NCBI GenBank assembly: GCA_965240465.1
Contig: OZ251219.1
Coordinates: 672,001-736,000, forward strand
Direction: 5' to 3'
Length of the DNA: 64,000 nt
Source of the DNA: a bacterium
Lineage (GTDB): Bacteria > SAR324 > JACQKK01
Shown: one piece after another, positions 30,301 through 38,745 of the stretch
How the letters are laid out: each line of letters begins with the position of its first letter
How positions within the stretch are numbered: position 1 is the first letter of the stretch
The notes under the pieces: generated by a model
Database searches by the model: none
Seen by the model: only the letters and a program-made list of their open reading frames with translations
What the model was told of the DNA's origin: nothing
Position numbers and translations under genes: made by a program

Positions 30301-32485
30301 CAATGGTGTTTTGCTCTGTGGACAGCCTAGCAACTTCGTTCAGTGTAGTGACACCGATGGCGACAATGATGGAGTGAATGATGGTGATGCAGATGGAAAC
30401 CCTCTGGATCTATGTCCCCGTAGCCCTTCTGGCTTCACCAGCTCCTCCACCACCGACGCTGATGGCGATGGTTGCCAAGATGGAGCAGGAAACGAAGACA
30501 AAGATGGTGGCACTGGTGAAGACACGGATAATGATGGCAAATATGGCAATGACCCCAATGATAGCACCATTAAGCTTGATAAGTGCGAAGACGGCGACAA
30601 AGGCTGGACTAGCACCGCCACCACCGATATTGATGGCGATGGTTGCCAAGACTCTGGCGAAGATAACGATGATGACGACGATAACATAATCGACACTGAT
30701 GACCTATGCCCTCTTGTCGCTGCTACTACTGATGTTAATAACGATGGTTGTACAGACATCGCCGATAAAGATAACGATGGCATAGACGACGCCACTGATG
30801 TAGATGACGACGGCGACGGTCTGATAGAGATTTCCACTGCTGAGGAGCTAAACAACATCCGCCATAATTTAAGAGGCAGGTACTATAGTGATGGCACCGG
30901 TAATATAGACTCTAATACAGGCTGTCCCAGTACAGGTTGCATAGGCTATGAACTAGTCGATAACATTGACCTAGGAGCCCTGGTTGACCCTGCTACCAGT
31001 AACTGGACCCCCGTTGAGGGCTATTTTTCCGCTACCTTTGAAGGCAATAACAACACCATCAGTAACCTGATCATTTCCACCACTAATACCCGAAACACCG
31101 GCTTCTTTGAATCCTTGAGGGATACTGCCACAGTTAAAAAATTGTTCTTTGTAGGAGGTTCAGTTACTGGTAGCTATGATGACGGCGCGGTGGGAGTTCT
31201 GGTAGGCAATAATAGAGGAAAAATATCCGAGGTTTTTGCTACTGGAATATCGGTTTCTGCTGGTGATGGTGAAGACAATGTGGGCGGCTTGGTAGGTTAT
31301 AGTAGTGGCACCATCAAAAATAGCTCTGCAACTGGAAATACCGATGGCAATGCTGGTATTGACAATGTGGGTGGCTTGGTAGGTTATCTTGATGGGGGGA
31401 CAGTCCAAGATAGCTCTGCCACTGTGAATACCAGTGGCGGTACTGGTAGAGACAATGTGGGTGGCTTGATAGGTTACAATGGCGGCACCGTCAAAAATAG
31501 CTCTGCAACTGGAAATACCGATGCCAATGGCAATGCTGGTATTGACAATGTGGGTGGCTTGGTAGGTTATAATAACAGCACCGTCCAAGATAGCTCTGCC
31601 ACTGTAAATACCAGTGGTGGTGATGATAATGACTCTGTGGGCGGATTGGTAGGTTATAATAGCGTCACTGGCACCGTCCAAGATAGCTCTGCCATTGGCT
31701 CTGCCACTGGTTCTGTTAATGGTGGTGCTGGTAATAGTGACTCTGTGGGCGGCTTGGTAGGTTTTAATGGCAGCATCATCCGAAATAGCTCCGCCACTGT
31801 TTCTGCCGTTGGCGGTGATGGTGACCATGATAAGGTAGGTGGCTTGGTGGGTTATAATCGTAGTAGCGGCATCATCCGAAATAGCTATGCTACTGGCTCT
31901 GCTGATGGCAATGCTGGTAATAGTGACTCTGTGGGTGGCTTGGTAGGTTATCTTGATGGGGGGACAGTCCAAAATAGCTACGCCACTGGTTCTGTTAATG
32001 GTGGTGCTGGTAATAGTGACTCTGTGGGCGGCTTGTTAGGATATATTGTGTTTGGAACCCTAAAAAACAGTTATTCCCTAAGTACTGTTGATGGGGGAGA
32101 TGGGGAAGATAATATTGGCCGCTTGTTTGGTTATAAAGGAGGTGGTTCGTCTGGTACGATTGCGATTACCGGCAACTATTACGATAGTGCTACTAGCAAA
32201 CTGGTTTTCAGTACCGCAGACACCATATTAGCCCTTGTAAACACCGAGGCTAAGGGCAAAACCAACGCTGAGATGAGAGCCTTGACTGCTACCATCACCG
32301 AAGATGACTTTGCAGGTGATAATAATGGCTGGAGTACTAACAACTGGAAATTCACTGCTGACAAATACCCCAGCCTGAAGTCCTACAAGGTGGATGCCAA
32401 CGATGCCCAAATCGCAGGCACTCTACTCTGCGGGCAATTACCCGTGGCTGACTTCGTTCAGTGTCCCCCCCCCACTACGCCTTAG
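27374..32485 (+). CDS. Surface lipoprotein 2: TSP3-like repeats and 2 GLUG modules
   Basis: Start MKKLSLF after GGAGG; lipobox FLASC; DxDxDGC and VGGLVG repeats. Confidence 0.88.
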   Translation: MKKLSLFSASCILAMFLASCGIGSIGDAVGGRYADTDTDADGVPDRLDSCLNSIDGAFISNSEDDYDDDGCQDSDEDLDDDNDKIPDVTDACKKGDTGWTSTNTTDHDGDGCQDDSEDPDDDNDGLADADDFCAKGEKNWNRNSITDKDGDGCQDSGEDLDDDDDGVSDKLDQCPDNPYDFISNSASDYDGDGCEDSEDPDDDNDEINDFDGANVLDKCPRSIDKNFVSSPANDRDSDGCQDSGEDLDDDDDGILDTVDMDDDNDGVDDVDANQETLDQCPSSRPSFTSSLNTDFDGDGCEDSGEDLDDDNDGVPDKLDQCPGTSLNFANASDYDKDGCRDQDEDDDDDDDGNLDTDYDGDGIGDNADSDDDNDTINDKLDACQKSVDTSFISDSTNDLDRDGCKDSSEDRDQGRGTDLDNDGIDDDVDTDDDNDNILDDDDVDDDGDGLIEITTAAELDNIRYDLYGTRYDDEADDTGDNAGSNAGSNAGCPITTGCIGYELTTDITFPDPSNWNPVFGSFKAILDGNDHTIYNLTMDNYEFHMGLFKILGANGVVRNLSFVRGSITSRYILDDYSYIGVLVGVNSGTISDVSVEGISMSVTNTGKGSVGGLVGYNNGGTVQNSSAAGNVDGGSGGGDIVGGLVGYNDRGIIQDSHATGNITGHDGNADRVGGLVGHNYKGTIKNSYATGNITGDGGNDDRVGGLVGENRNGLIENSYATGYTSGGDGAQDRVGGLVGHNLGIIQNSYATGNASGNNGYKDTVGGLTGYNQDIIQNSHATGNSSGGNGDRDYVGGLSGYNDGGVIRNSYATGDSFGGNGGDLVGGLTSGNKNSSIEDSYATGNVYGDAGNDLSGGLVGYFSDGTIKRSYSLGIVDGGDGNDNVGRLVGFKGTGTIKITGNYYDSAISKLVFSTADTILALVNTEAKGKTNAEMRALTATTTEDDFTGDNNGWSEKNWQFTAGLYPSLRSYKTTTSNGVLLCGQPSNFVQCSDTDGDNDGVNDGDADGNPLDLCPRSPSGFTSSSTTDADGDGCQDGAGNEDKDGGTGEDTDNDGKYGNDPNDSTIKLDKCEDGDKGWTSTATTDIDGDGCQDSGEDNDDDDDNIIDTDDLCPLVAATTDVNNDGCTDIADKDNDGIDDATDVDDDGDGLIEISTAEELNNIRHNLRGRYYSDGTGNIDSNTGCPSTGCIGYELVDNIDLGALVDPATSNWTPVEGYFSATFEGNNNTISNLIISTTNTRNTGFFESLRDTATVKKLFFVGGSVTGSYDDGAVGVLVGNNRGKISEVFATGISVSAGDGEDNVGGLVGYSSGTIKNSSATGNTDGNAGIDNVGGLVGYLDGGTVQDSSATVNTSGGTGRDNVGGLIGYNGGTVKNSSATGNTDANGNAGIDNVGGLVGYNNSTVQDSSATVNTSGGDDNDSVGGLVGYNSVTGTVQDSSAIGSATGSVNGGAGNSDSVGGLVGFNGSIIRNSSATVSAVGGDGDHDKVGGLVGYNRSSGIIRNSYATGSADGNAGNSDSVGGLVGYLDGGTVQNSYATGSVNGGAGNSDSVGGLLGYIVFGTLKNSYSLSTVDGGDGEDNIGRLFGYKGGGSSGTIAITGNYYDSATSKLVFSTADTILALVNTEAKGKTNAEMRALTATITEDDFAGDNNGWSTNNWKFTADKYPSLKSYKVDANDAQIAGTLLCGQLPVADFVQCPPPTTP

Positions 32486-32504
32486 GCTAGACCCCCCCCT
32501 CCCC

Positions 32505-32615
32505 GACTGCTTGAAAAATAGAGCAAACCATTCTTCTGGGAGTGAGTACTACTCACTCCCTTTTTCTTTTTGGGGACTGCGTTTTGCTCTTTTAAGCACT
32601 TGATAAACTTATCGC
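32505..32615 (+). terminator. Repeated intergenic element copy 1 (intrinsic terminator)
   Basis: GGGAGTGAGTA-C-TACTCACTCCC (32538-32560) plus T-tract; outer arms AGAGCAAA/TTTGCTCT. Confidence 0.85.
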
Positions 32616-32659
32616 CAATGAAGTTCTGGCTGACTGTGTTCAGTGTGTAACCATTAAAC

Positions 32660-32688
32660 TTGACAGTAGCTAATTTGTGGTGCATAAT
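32660..32688 (+). promoter_or_regulatory. Sigma70-type promoter for lipoprotein gene 3
   Basis: TTGACA-17 nt-CATAAT. Confidence 0.7.
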
Positions 32689-32799
32689 AGGCGGTCTGGA
32701 TTGTCTAGTGCTCTAAGGTACATCACCCTAAGGCACATCAATTTGTGGCGGTTTATGTTAGATCATATCAGTCAAAATTAACGAATAGTAGGAAACTCA

Positions 32800-35700
32800 A
32801 TGAAAAAATTATCATTACTCTCAAGCATTTTTGTTATCACTCTGTTCTTAGCCAGCTGTGGCGGTAGTGAAGATAAGAAAGATGGCGGTAGCGAAGATAA
32901 GAAAGGTGTTGTAGACCCTGTTACCGTTACTGATGCCGATGGCGATGGCATAGTCGACGATGATGACGATTGCGACAGTAGCCGCGAAGGATTCAAAAGT
33001 AATGACAACACTGACTACGATGGCGACGGCTGCGAAGATGACAGCACCGAAGACACCGATGACGACAATGATGAGGTAGACGACGGTGATGACGAGTGCC
33101 AAACAAGCATAAACTCCAACTTTGTCAGCGTTAGCACCAGCCCTGGCACTATCAACGACTACGATGGCGACGGCTGCGAAGATGACAGCACCGAAGACAC
33201 CGATGACGACAATGATAAGGTAGACGACGGTGATGACGAGTGCCAAACAAGCATAAACTCCAACTTTGTCAGCGTTAGCACCAGCCCTGGCACTATCAAC
33301 GACTACGATGGCGACGGCTGCGAAGATGACAGCACCGAAGACACCGATGACGACAATGATGAAGTAGACGACGGTGATGACGAGTGCCAAACAAGCATAA
33401 ACTCCAACTTTGTCAGCGTTAGCACCAGCCCTGGCACTATCAACGACTACGATGGCGACGGCTGCGAAGATGACAGCACCGAAGACACCGATGACGACAA
33501 TGATGAGGTAGACGACGATGATGACGAGTGCCAAATAAGCATAAACTCCAACTTTGTCAGCGTTAGCACCAGCCCTGGCACTATCAACGACTACGATGGC
33601 GACGGCTGCGAAGATGACAGCACCGAAGACACCGATGACGACAATGATGAGGTAGACGACGATGATGACAGGTGCCAAACAAGCATAAACTCCAACTTTG
33701 TCAGCGTTAGCACCAGCCCTGGCACTATCAACGACTACGATGGCGACGGCTGCGAAGATGCTGGCGAAGACAAAGATGACGACGACGACGGTCTGATAGA
33801 AATTGCCACTGCCAAGCAGCTGAACAAAATCCGCTATCGGCTGGATGGCACTCTCTACGACGAAGAAGAACTTGATGGCAGCGGTTATGAAGGTTCTAAT
33901 ACTGGCTGTCCCACCGCAGGTTGCAATGGCTATGAACTAATCAATGACATTTATTTAGCAGACCCGGTTGGTACTGCTACTGGCAACTTTGAACCCGTTG
34001 GATTCTTAAGCAGTCCTTTCACGGCTATCTTTGAAGGCAATGGCAACACCATCAGCAACCTAATTATTAGCAATGGCACTAGATACGTCGGTTTCTTTGG
34101 AATCTTGGGTGCTGATAGCGAAGTCCGAAACTTGTCCTTTGCAAAAAGTGCAACGGGTGCAGGTTCAGTTACCAGTGTCAACATTGCCTCTTCTAATACT
34201 GACTCTGGTAGAGTGGGAACCCTGGCAGGGAAGAATGAAGGAACGATATCCAATGTTTCCACTGATATCTCTGTTTCCGTTGATCTCGATACCCTCGTTA
34301 CTGGTTCCAAGCAGGTAGGTGGCTTGGTAGGTGAGAGTAATGGTATCATACAAAACAGTCGAGCCACTGGAAATGTCAGCGGCGGTAATGGTAATGACGA
34401 TGTAGGTGGCTTGGTAGGTTATGCTGCTTTTGGTGCTAGTATCCGAAACAGTTATACTACCAACTCTGTCAGCGGCAGTAGTGGTGGTGACAACGTAGGT
34501 GGCTTAGTGGGAAATGCTTCTTACGTTATTAATAACAGTTACACGATCGGTTCTGTCAACGGTGATGGTGGTGATGACAAAGTAGGTGGCTTAGTGGGAA
34601 TTGGATTGGTATCAATAACGAACAGCTACTCCATAGCCACTGTTGATGGGGGTGACGGAACCGATATTGTCGGTCGCTTAGCTACCCCTTCTTTGTCTAC
34701 TTTCAGTGTTAATAACAGCTATTATGATGGGGATAGCAACCTGACGGGAGAGACCGTCCAAACCTTTGGGATCGGCAAAACCAAAGCCCAACTAAAAGTC
34801 ATCACCCCGGATATCCCCACTACTGATAGTGCTTGCAATGCGGTTGGTGGAACTTTTTCTTCTAATATATGTGATGACGGCAATCTAGATAGCTGGAGTA
34901 CCTATGACTTTAATTTCACTGACGGCAAATACCCCAGCCTGAAGTCTTATGAGACTACCACTGATACCAGCACCAACCCCCCTACAGTCACCCAAGTTAC
35001 GGGCAGTCTACTCTGTGGGCAATTACCCGAAGCTGACTTCGTTCAGTGTGGCTCTGCCCCCCCCACGCCTCCTGTTACTTCTACCGATGCCGATACTGAT
35101 GGCATAGCCGACGACATTGATGTGGATGATGACAACAACGGTCTGATAGAACTCACCGCTACTACCCTAACCAACATCCGCTACCAACTGGACGGCACTA
35201 CCTATAAAATAAATGCCAGCGATACAGGCTCTACCATGGGTTGTTCTACTGTTGATCCCATAGGTTGCAATGGCTATGAAATAACCAATGACATTGATCT
35301 TGTTGGCAACTTTGAACCCGTTGCAGGGAATTTCACCGCTATATTTGACGGCAATAATAATACCATCAATGACCTAACCATTGACAATAGCACTCAGTAC
35401 ACTGGCTTCTTCACTACGGTGGCTTCTGCTGGTGAAGTAAGAAGTATAAACTTTGTTGGTGGCTCAATCACCAGTAGCTTTGGCAATTATGGCTATGTGG
35501 GAGTTCTGGCAGGCAAGAATGAGGGAACAGTATCCGATATTTCTGCCAATCTTTCGGTTTCTTCTGTTGGTGCGGGCCCAAATAACAATACAGGTGGCTT
35601 GATAGGCGAAAATAGTGGTATCCTGCAGGACAGCCAATCTTCTGGCAATATCAGCGGCGGTACCGGTGACAGTGATAAGGTGGGTGGCTTGGTAGGTTCC

Positions 35701-36423
35701 AATAATGGTGGCACCATCCAAAACAGCCGAGCCACTGGCAATGCCAGCGGCGGTACTGGTAACGGTGATAGTGTGGGTGGCTTGGTAGGTGCAAATAAAT
35801 CCAGTAGTAGCATTCGAAACAGTTATGCGATCGGTTCTGCCAAGGGTAATGCTGGTAATGGTGATAGTGTGGGTGGCTTGGTAGGTACCAACACTGGTGG
35901 TAGCATCCAGAACAGTTATGCGATCGGTTCTGCCAACGGTGGTGATGGTGATGACTATGTGGGTGGCTTAGTGGGACTTATTATTCAAGGAACCATCCAA
36001 AACAATTATGCCTTAGGCGATGTGGATGGGGGCAATGGAGCAACCAGTGATAGTGTGGGTCGCTTAATTGGTGGGGAGCAGCTTAGTACGATTTCAGGTA
36101 ACTATTTTGATGAGAATAGTGGATTAATTGGTAAGGAAGAAGAAACCTTTGTAGCTTCCAAAGCTCTGGGCAAAACCAGCGACCAGCTGAAAGCCATCAA
36201 CAATGTTGCCCCCACTACTGATACTACTTGCACTAGTGCTGGGGGAACTTGGGATGGCACTGCATGCACCAATGGGCATCTGGACTTTAATACCAACAAC
36301 TGGGATTTCACTGCTGACAAATACCCCAGCCTGAAGTCCTACAAAGAAGATGCTAGCGATACCCAAATCGCAGGCACTCTACTCTGTAACCAACCCACCG
36401 ACTTCGTTCAGTGTACGCCTTAG
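32800..36423 (+). CDS. Surface lipoprotein 3: 48-aa acidic repeats and 2 GLUG modules
   Basis: Lipobox FLASC; DYDGDGCED repeats; VGGLVG repeats. Confidence 0.88.
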   Translation: MKKLSLLSSIFVITLFLASCGGSEDKKDGGSEDKKGVVDPVTVTDADGDGIVDDDDDCDSSREGFKSNDNTDYDGDGCEDDSTEDTDDDNDEVDDGDDECQTSINSNFVSVSTSPGTINDYDGDGCEDDSTEDTDDDNDKVDDGDDECQTSINSNFVSVSTSPGTINDYDGDGCEDDSTEDTDDDNDEVDDGDDECQTSINSNFVSVSTSPGTINDYDGDGCEDDSTEDTDDDNDEVDDDDDECQISINSNFVSVSTSPGTINDYDGDGCEDDSTEDTDDDNDEVDDDDDRCQTSINSNFVSVSTSPGTINDYDGDGCEDAGEDKDDDDDGLIEIATAKQLNKIRYRLDGTLYDEEELDGSGYEGSNTGCPTAGCNGYELINDIYLADPVGTATGNFEPVGFLSSPFTAIFEGNGNTISNLIISNGTRYVGFFGILGADSEVRNLSFAKSATGAGSVTSVNIASSNTDSGRVGTLAGKNEGTISNVSTDISVSVDLDTLVTGSKQVGGLVGESNGIIQNSRATGNVSGGNGNDDVGGLVGYAAFGASIRNSYTTNSVSGSSGGDNVGGLVGNASYVINNSYTIGSVNGDGGDDKVGGLVGIGLVSITNSYSIATVDGGDGTDIVGRLATPSLSTFSVNNSYYDGDSNLTGETVQTFGIGKTKAQLKVITPDIPTTDSACNAVGGTFSSNICDDGNLDSWSTYDFNFTDGKYPSLKSYETTTDTSTNPPTVTQVTGSLLCGQLPEADFVQCGSAPPTPPVTSTDADTDGIADDIDVDDDNNGLIELTATTLTNIRYQLDGTTYKINASDTGSTMGCSTVDPIGCNGYEITNDIDLVGNFEPVAGNFTAIFDGNNNTINDLTIDNSTQYTGFFTTVASAGEVRSINFVGGSITSSFGNYGYVGVLAGKNEGTVSDISANLSVSSVGAGPNNNTGGLIGENSGILQDSQSSGNISGGTGDSDKVGGLVGSNNGGTIQNSRATGNASGGTGNGDSVGGLVGANKSSSSIRNSYAIGSAKGNAGNGDSVGGLVGTNTGGSIQNSYAIGSANGGDGDDYVGGLVGLIIQGTIQNNYALGDVDGGNGATSDSVGRLIGGEQLSTISGNYFDENSGLIGKEEETFVASKALGKTSDQLKAINNVAPTTDTTCTSAGGTWDGTACTNGHLDFNTNNWDFTADKYPSLKSYKEDASDTQIAGTLLCNQPTDFVQCTP
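33013..33760. repeat. 144-bp in-frame tandem repeat, 5 full copies plus a partial
   Basis: GACTACGATGGCGACGGC recurs at 33013, 33157, 33301, 33445, 33589 and 33733. Confidence 0.95.
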
Positions 36424-36437
36424 GCTAGCCCTCCCCC

Positions 36438-36523
36438 GACTGCTTGAAAAATAGAGCAGACCATTTTTCTGGGAGTGAGTACTACTCACTCCCTTTTTCT
36501 TTTTGGGGACTGCGTTTTGCTCT
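36438..36523 (+). terminator. Repeated intergenic element copy 2 (3'-truncated)
   Basis: Same hairpin at 36471-36493 plus T-tract. Confidence 0.85.
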
Positions 36524-36537
36524 CTTATAAAGAGATA

Positions 36538-36566
36538 TTGACACTAATTAAATTTGGTTATAGAAT
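36538..36566 (+). promoter_or_regulatory. Sigma70-type promoter for lipoprotein gene 4
   Basis: TTGACA-17 nt-TAGAAT. Confidence 0.75.
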
Positions 36567-36619
36567 GATCCGCATCAGCTCGTGGTAATTCTATCAACTA
36601 AATTAAGGGGGGAATACTC

Positions 36620-38428
36620 ATGAAAAAATTAACATCACTCTCAAGTATTTTAATGCTCACTCTGTTCTTAGCCAGCTGTGGCAGTAGCAAAGAGAAGAAA
36701 GATGTAGATACCGATGGCGATGGAATCAACGATTTCAAGACAGATGGCATCACCGAGAAAGACAAATGCCGAACAAGCCGAAACCCCGATTTTGTTAGCA
36801 GTCCCACCAACGACTACGATGGCGACGGTTGCGAAGACAGCACGGAAGACACCGATGACGACAATGATGGGATCAACGATGTTGATGCAAGCAACAACAC
36901 GCTAGATAAATGCCAACTAAGCGAAGACACCACCTTTAGAAGCACTGCCACCAACGACCGCGATCGCGACGGTTGCGAAGATGCTGGCGAAGACAAAGAT
37001 GACGACAATGATGGGATCAACGATGTTGATGCAGGCAACAACTTGCTAGATGAATGCCCCGAAGGCATAATTGGCATCGGAAATGACCTAGATAACGATG
37101 GCTGTAAAAACTCCAAAGACACCGATGATGACGGCGATAGAGTGCTTGACACTGTTGATGCCTGTCCCAGAGGCATAATTGGCACCAACGATCCCGATGC
37201 TGACAGCGACGGCTGTAAAGATTCAGTGGATGTTGATGATAACGGTAACGGTCTAATAGAAATTGCCACTGTTGAGGAGCTAAAGAACATCCGCTACCAA
37301 CTGGACGGCACTAGCTATAAAACAAGTAACACCGATGCAGGCTCTAATGCGGGTTGTTCTACTGCTGATCCCCTAGGTTGCAATGGCTATGAACTAATCG
37401 GGGACATTGATTTAGCAGACCTGATTAGTCCTGCTGTCAGCAACTTTGAGCCCATTGGACCATTAGGCAGTCCTTTTACGGCTATCTTTGAAGGTAATAA
37501 CTATACCATCGGCAACCTAATCATTAGCAATGACGCCAGATGCGTCGGTTTCTTTGGAGTCTTGGGTGCTGATAGCGAAGTCCGAAACTTGTCCTTTGCA
37601 AAAAGTGCAAAAAGTGCAACTGGCACAGGTTCAGTTATCAGTAGCAACGTCACCACTGGTAGTGTTAACTTTGGCAGAGTGGGAACCCTGGTAGGCGAAA
37701 ATAAAGGAACAATATCCAATGTTTCCACTGCTATCCCTGTTTCCGTTGATGTTTCCGTTACTGGTACCAAGCTGGTAGGCGGCTTGGTAGGTGAGAATAG
37801 TGCTGGTACCATACAAAACAGCCGAGCTACTGGAAATGTCACAGGCGGTAGTGGTGATGACAGAGTAGGTGGCTTGGTAGGTCAAGGTAAGGTCAAAAAC
37901 AGTTATGCTACCAACTTTGTCAACGGCGGTAGTGGTAATGACAGAGTAGGTGGCTTAGTGGGATTATCTTTTGGCATTAATAACAGTTATGCGACTGGTT
38001 CTGTCAACGGTGGTGAGGGTGATGACGAAGTAGGTGGCTTGGCGGGAGCTGGAGCAGCTATAACGAACAGCTACTCCATAGCCACTGTTGATGGGGGTGA
38101 GGGAGCCGATAAAATCAGTCACTTAGCTACCAGTATTGTGCAGGGTGCGAATACTGTTACTAGCAGCTATTATGATGATGATAATAGCAAACTGACGGGA
38201 GAAATCGTCCAAACCTTTGGGACTGGCAAAACCAGCCCCGAATTAAAAAAATTGACTGATACCAATACGAGCTGGAGTACTAACGACTGGAAATTCACTG
38301 CTGACAAATACCCCAGCCTGAAGTCCTACAAAGAAGATGCTAGCAATACCCAAATCGCAGGCACTCTACTCTGCGGGCAATTACCCGTGGCTGACTTCGT
38401 TCAGTGTCCCCCCCCCACTACGCCTTAG
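36620..38428 (+). CDS. Surface lipoprotein 4: TSP3-like repeats and 1 GLUG module
   Basis: Lipobox FLASC; same module architecture as the other paralogues. Confidence 0.88.
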   Translation: MKKLTSLSSILMLTLFLASCGSSKEKKDVDTDGDGINDFKTDGITEKDKCRTSRNPDFVSSPTNDYDGDGCEDSTEDTDDDNDGINDVDASNNTLDKCQLSEDTTFRSTATNDRDRDGCEDAGEDKDDDNDGINDVDAGNNLLDECPEGIIGIGNDLDNDGCKNSKDTDDDGDRVLDTVDACPRGIIGTNDPDADSDGCKDSVDVDDNGNGLIEIATVEELKNIRYQLDGTSYKTSNTDAGSNAGCSTADPLGCNGYELIGDIDLADLISPAVSNFEPIGPLGSPFTAIFEGNNYTIGNLIISNDARCVGFFGVLGADSEVRNLSFAKSAKSATGTGSVISSNVTTGSVNFGRVGTLVGENKGTISNVSTAIPVSVDVSVTGTKLVGGLVGENSAGTIQNSRATGNVTGGSGDDRVGGLVGQGKVKNSYATNFVNGGSGNDRVGGLVGLSFGINNSYATGSVNGGEGDDEVGGLAGAGAAITNSYSIATVDGGEGADKISHLATSIVQGANTVTSSYYDDDNSKLTGEIVQTFGTGKTSPELKKLTDTNTSWSTNDWKFTADKYPSLKSYKEDASNTQIAGTLLCGQLPVADFVQCPPPTTP

Positions 38429-38450
38429 GCTAGACCCCCCCCCCCTCCCC

Positions 38451-38561
38451 GACTGCTTGAAAAATAGAGCAAACCATTCTTCTGGGAGTGAGTTATACTC
38501 ACTCCCTTTCTTTTTTTGGGGACTGCATTTTGCTCTTTTAAGCACTTGATAAACTTATCGC
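38451..38561 (+). terminator. Repeated intergenic element copy 3
   Basis: GGGAGTGAGT-TAT-ACTCACTCCC (38484-38506) plus T-tract. Confidence 0.85.
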
Positions 38562-38605
38562 CAATGAAGTTCTGGCTGACTGTGTTCAGTGTGTAACCAT
38601 TAAAC

Positions 38606-38634
38606 TTGACAGTAGCTAATTTGTGGTGCATAAT
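38606..38634 (+). promoter_or_regulatory. Sigma70-type promoter for lipoprotein gene 5 (identical to that of gene 3)
   Basis: TTGACA-17 nt-CATAAT. Confidence 0.7.
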
Positions 38635-38745
38635 AGGCGGTCTGGATTGTCTAGTGCTCTAAGGTACATCACCCTAAGGCACATCAATTTGTGGCGGTTT
38701 ATGTTAGATCATATCAGTCAAAATTAACGAATAGTAGGAAACTCA

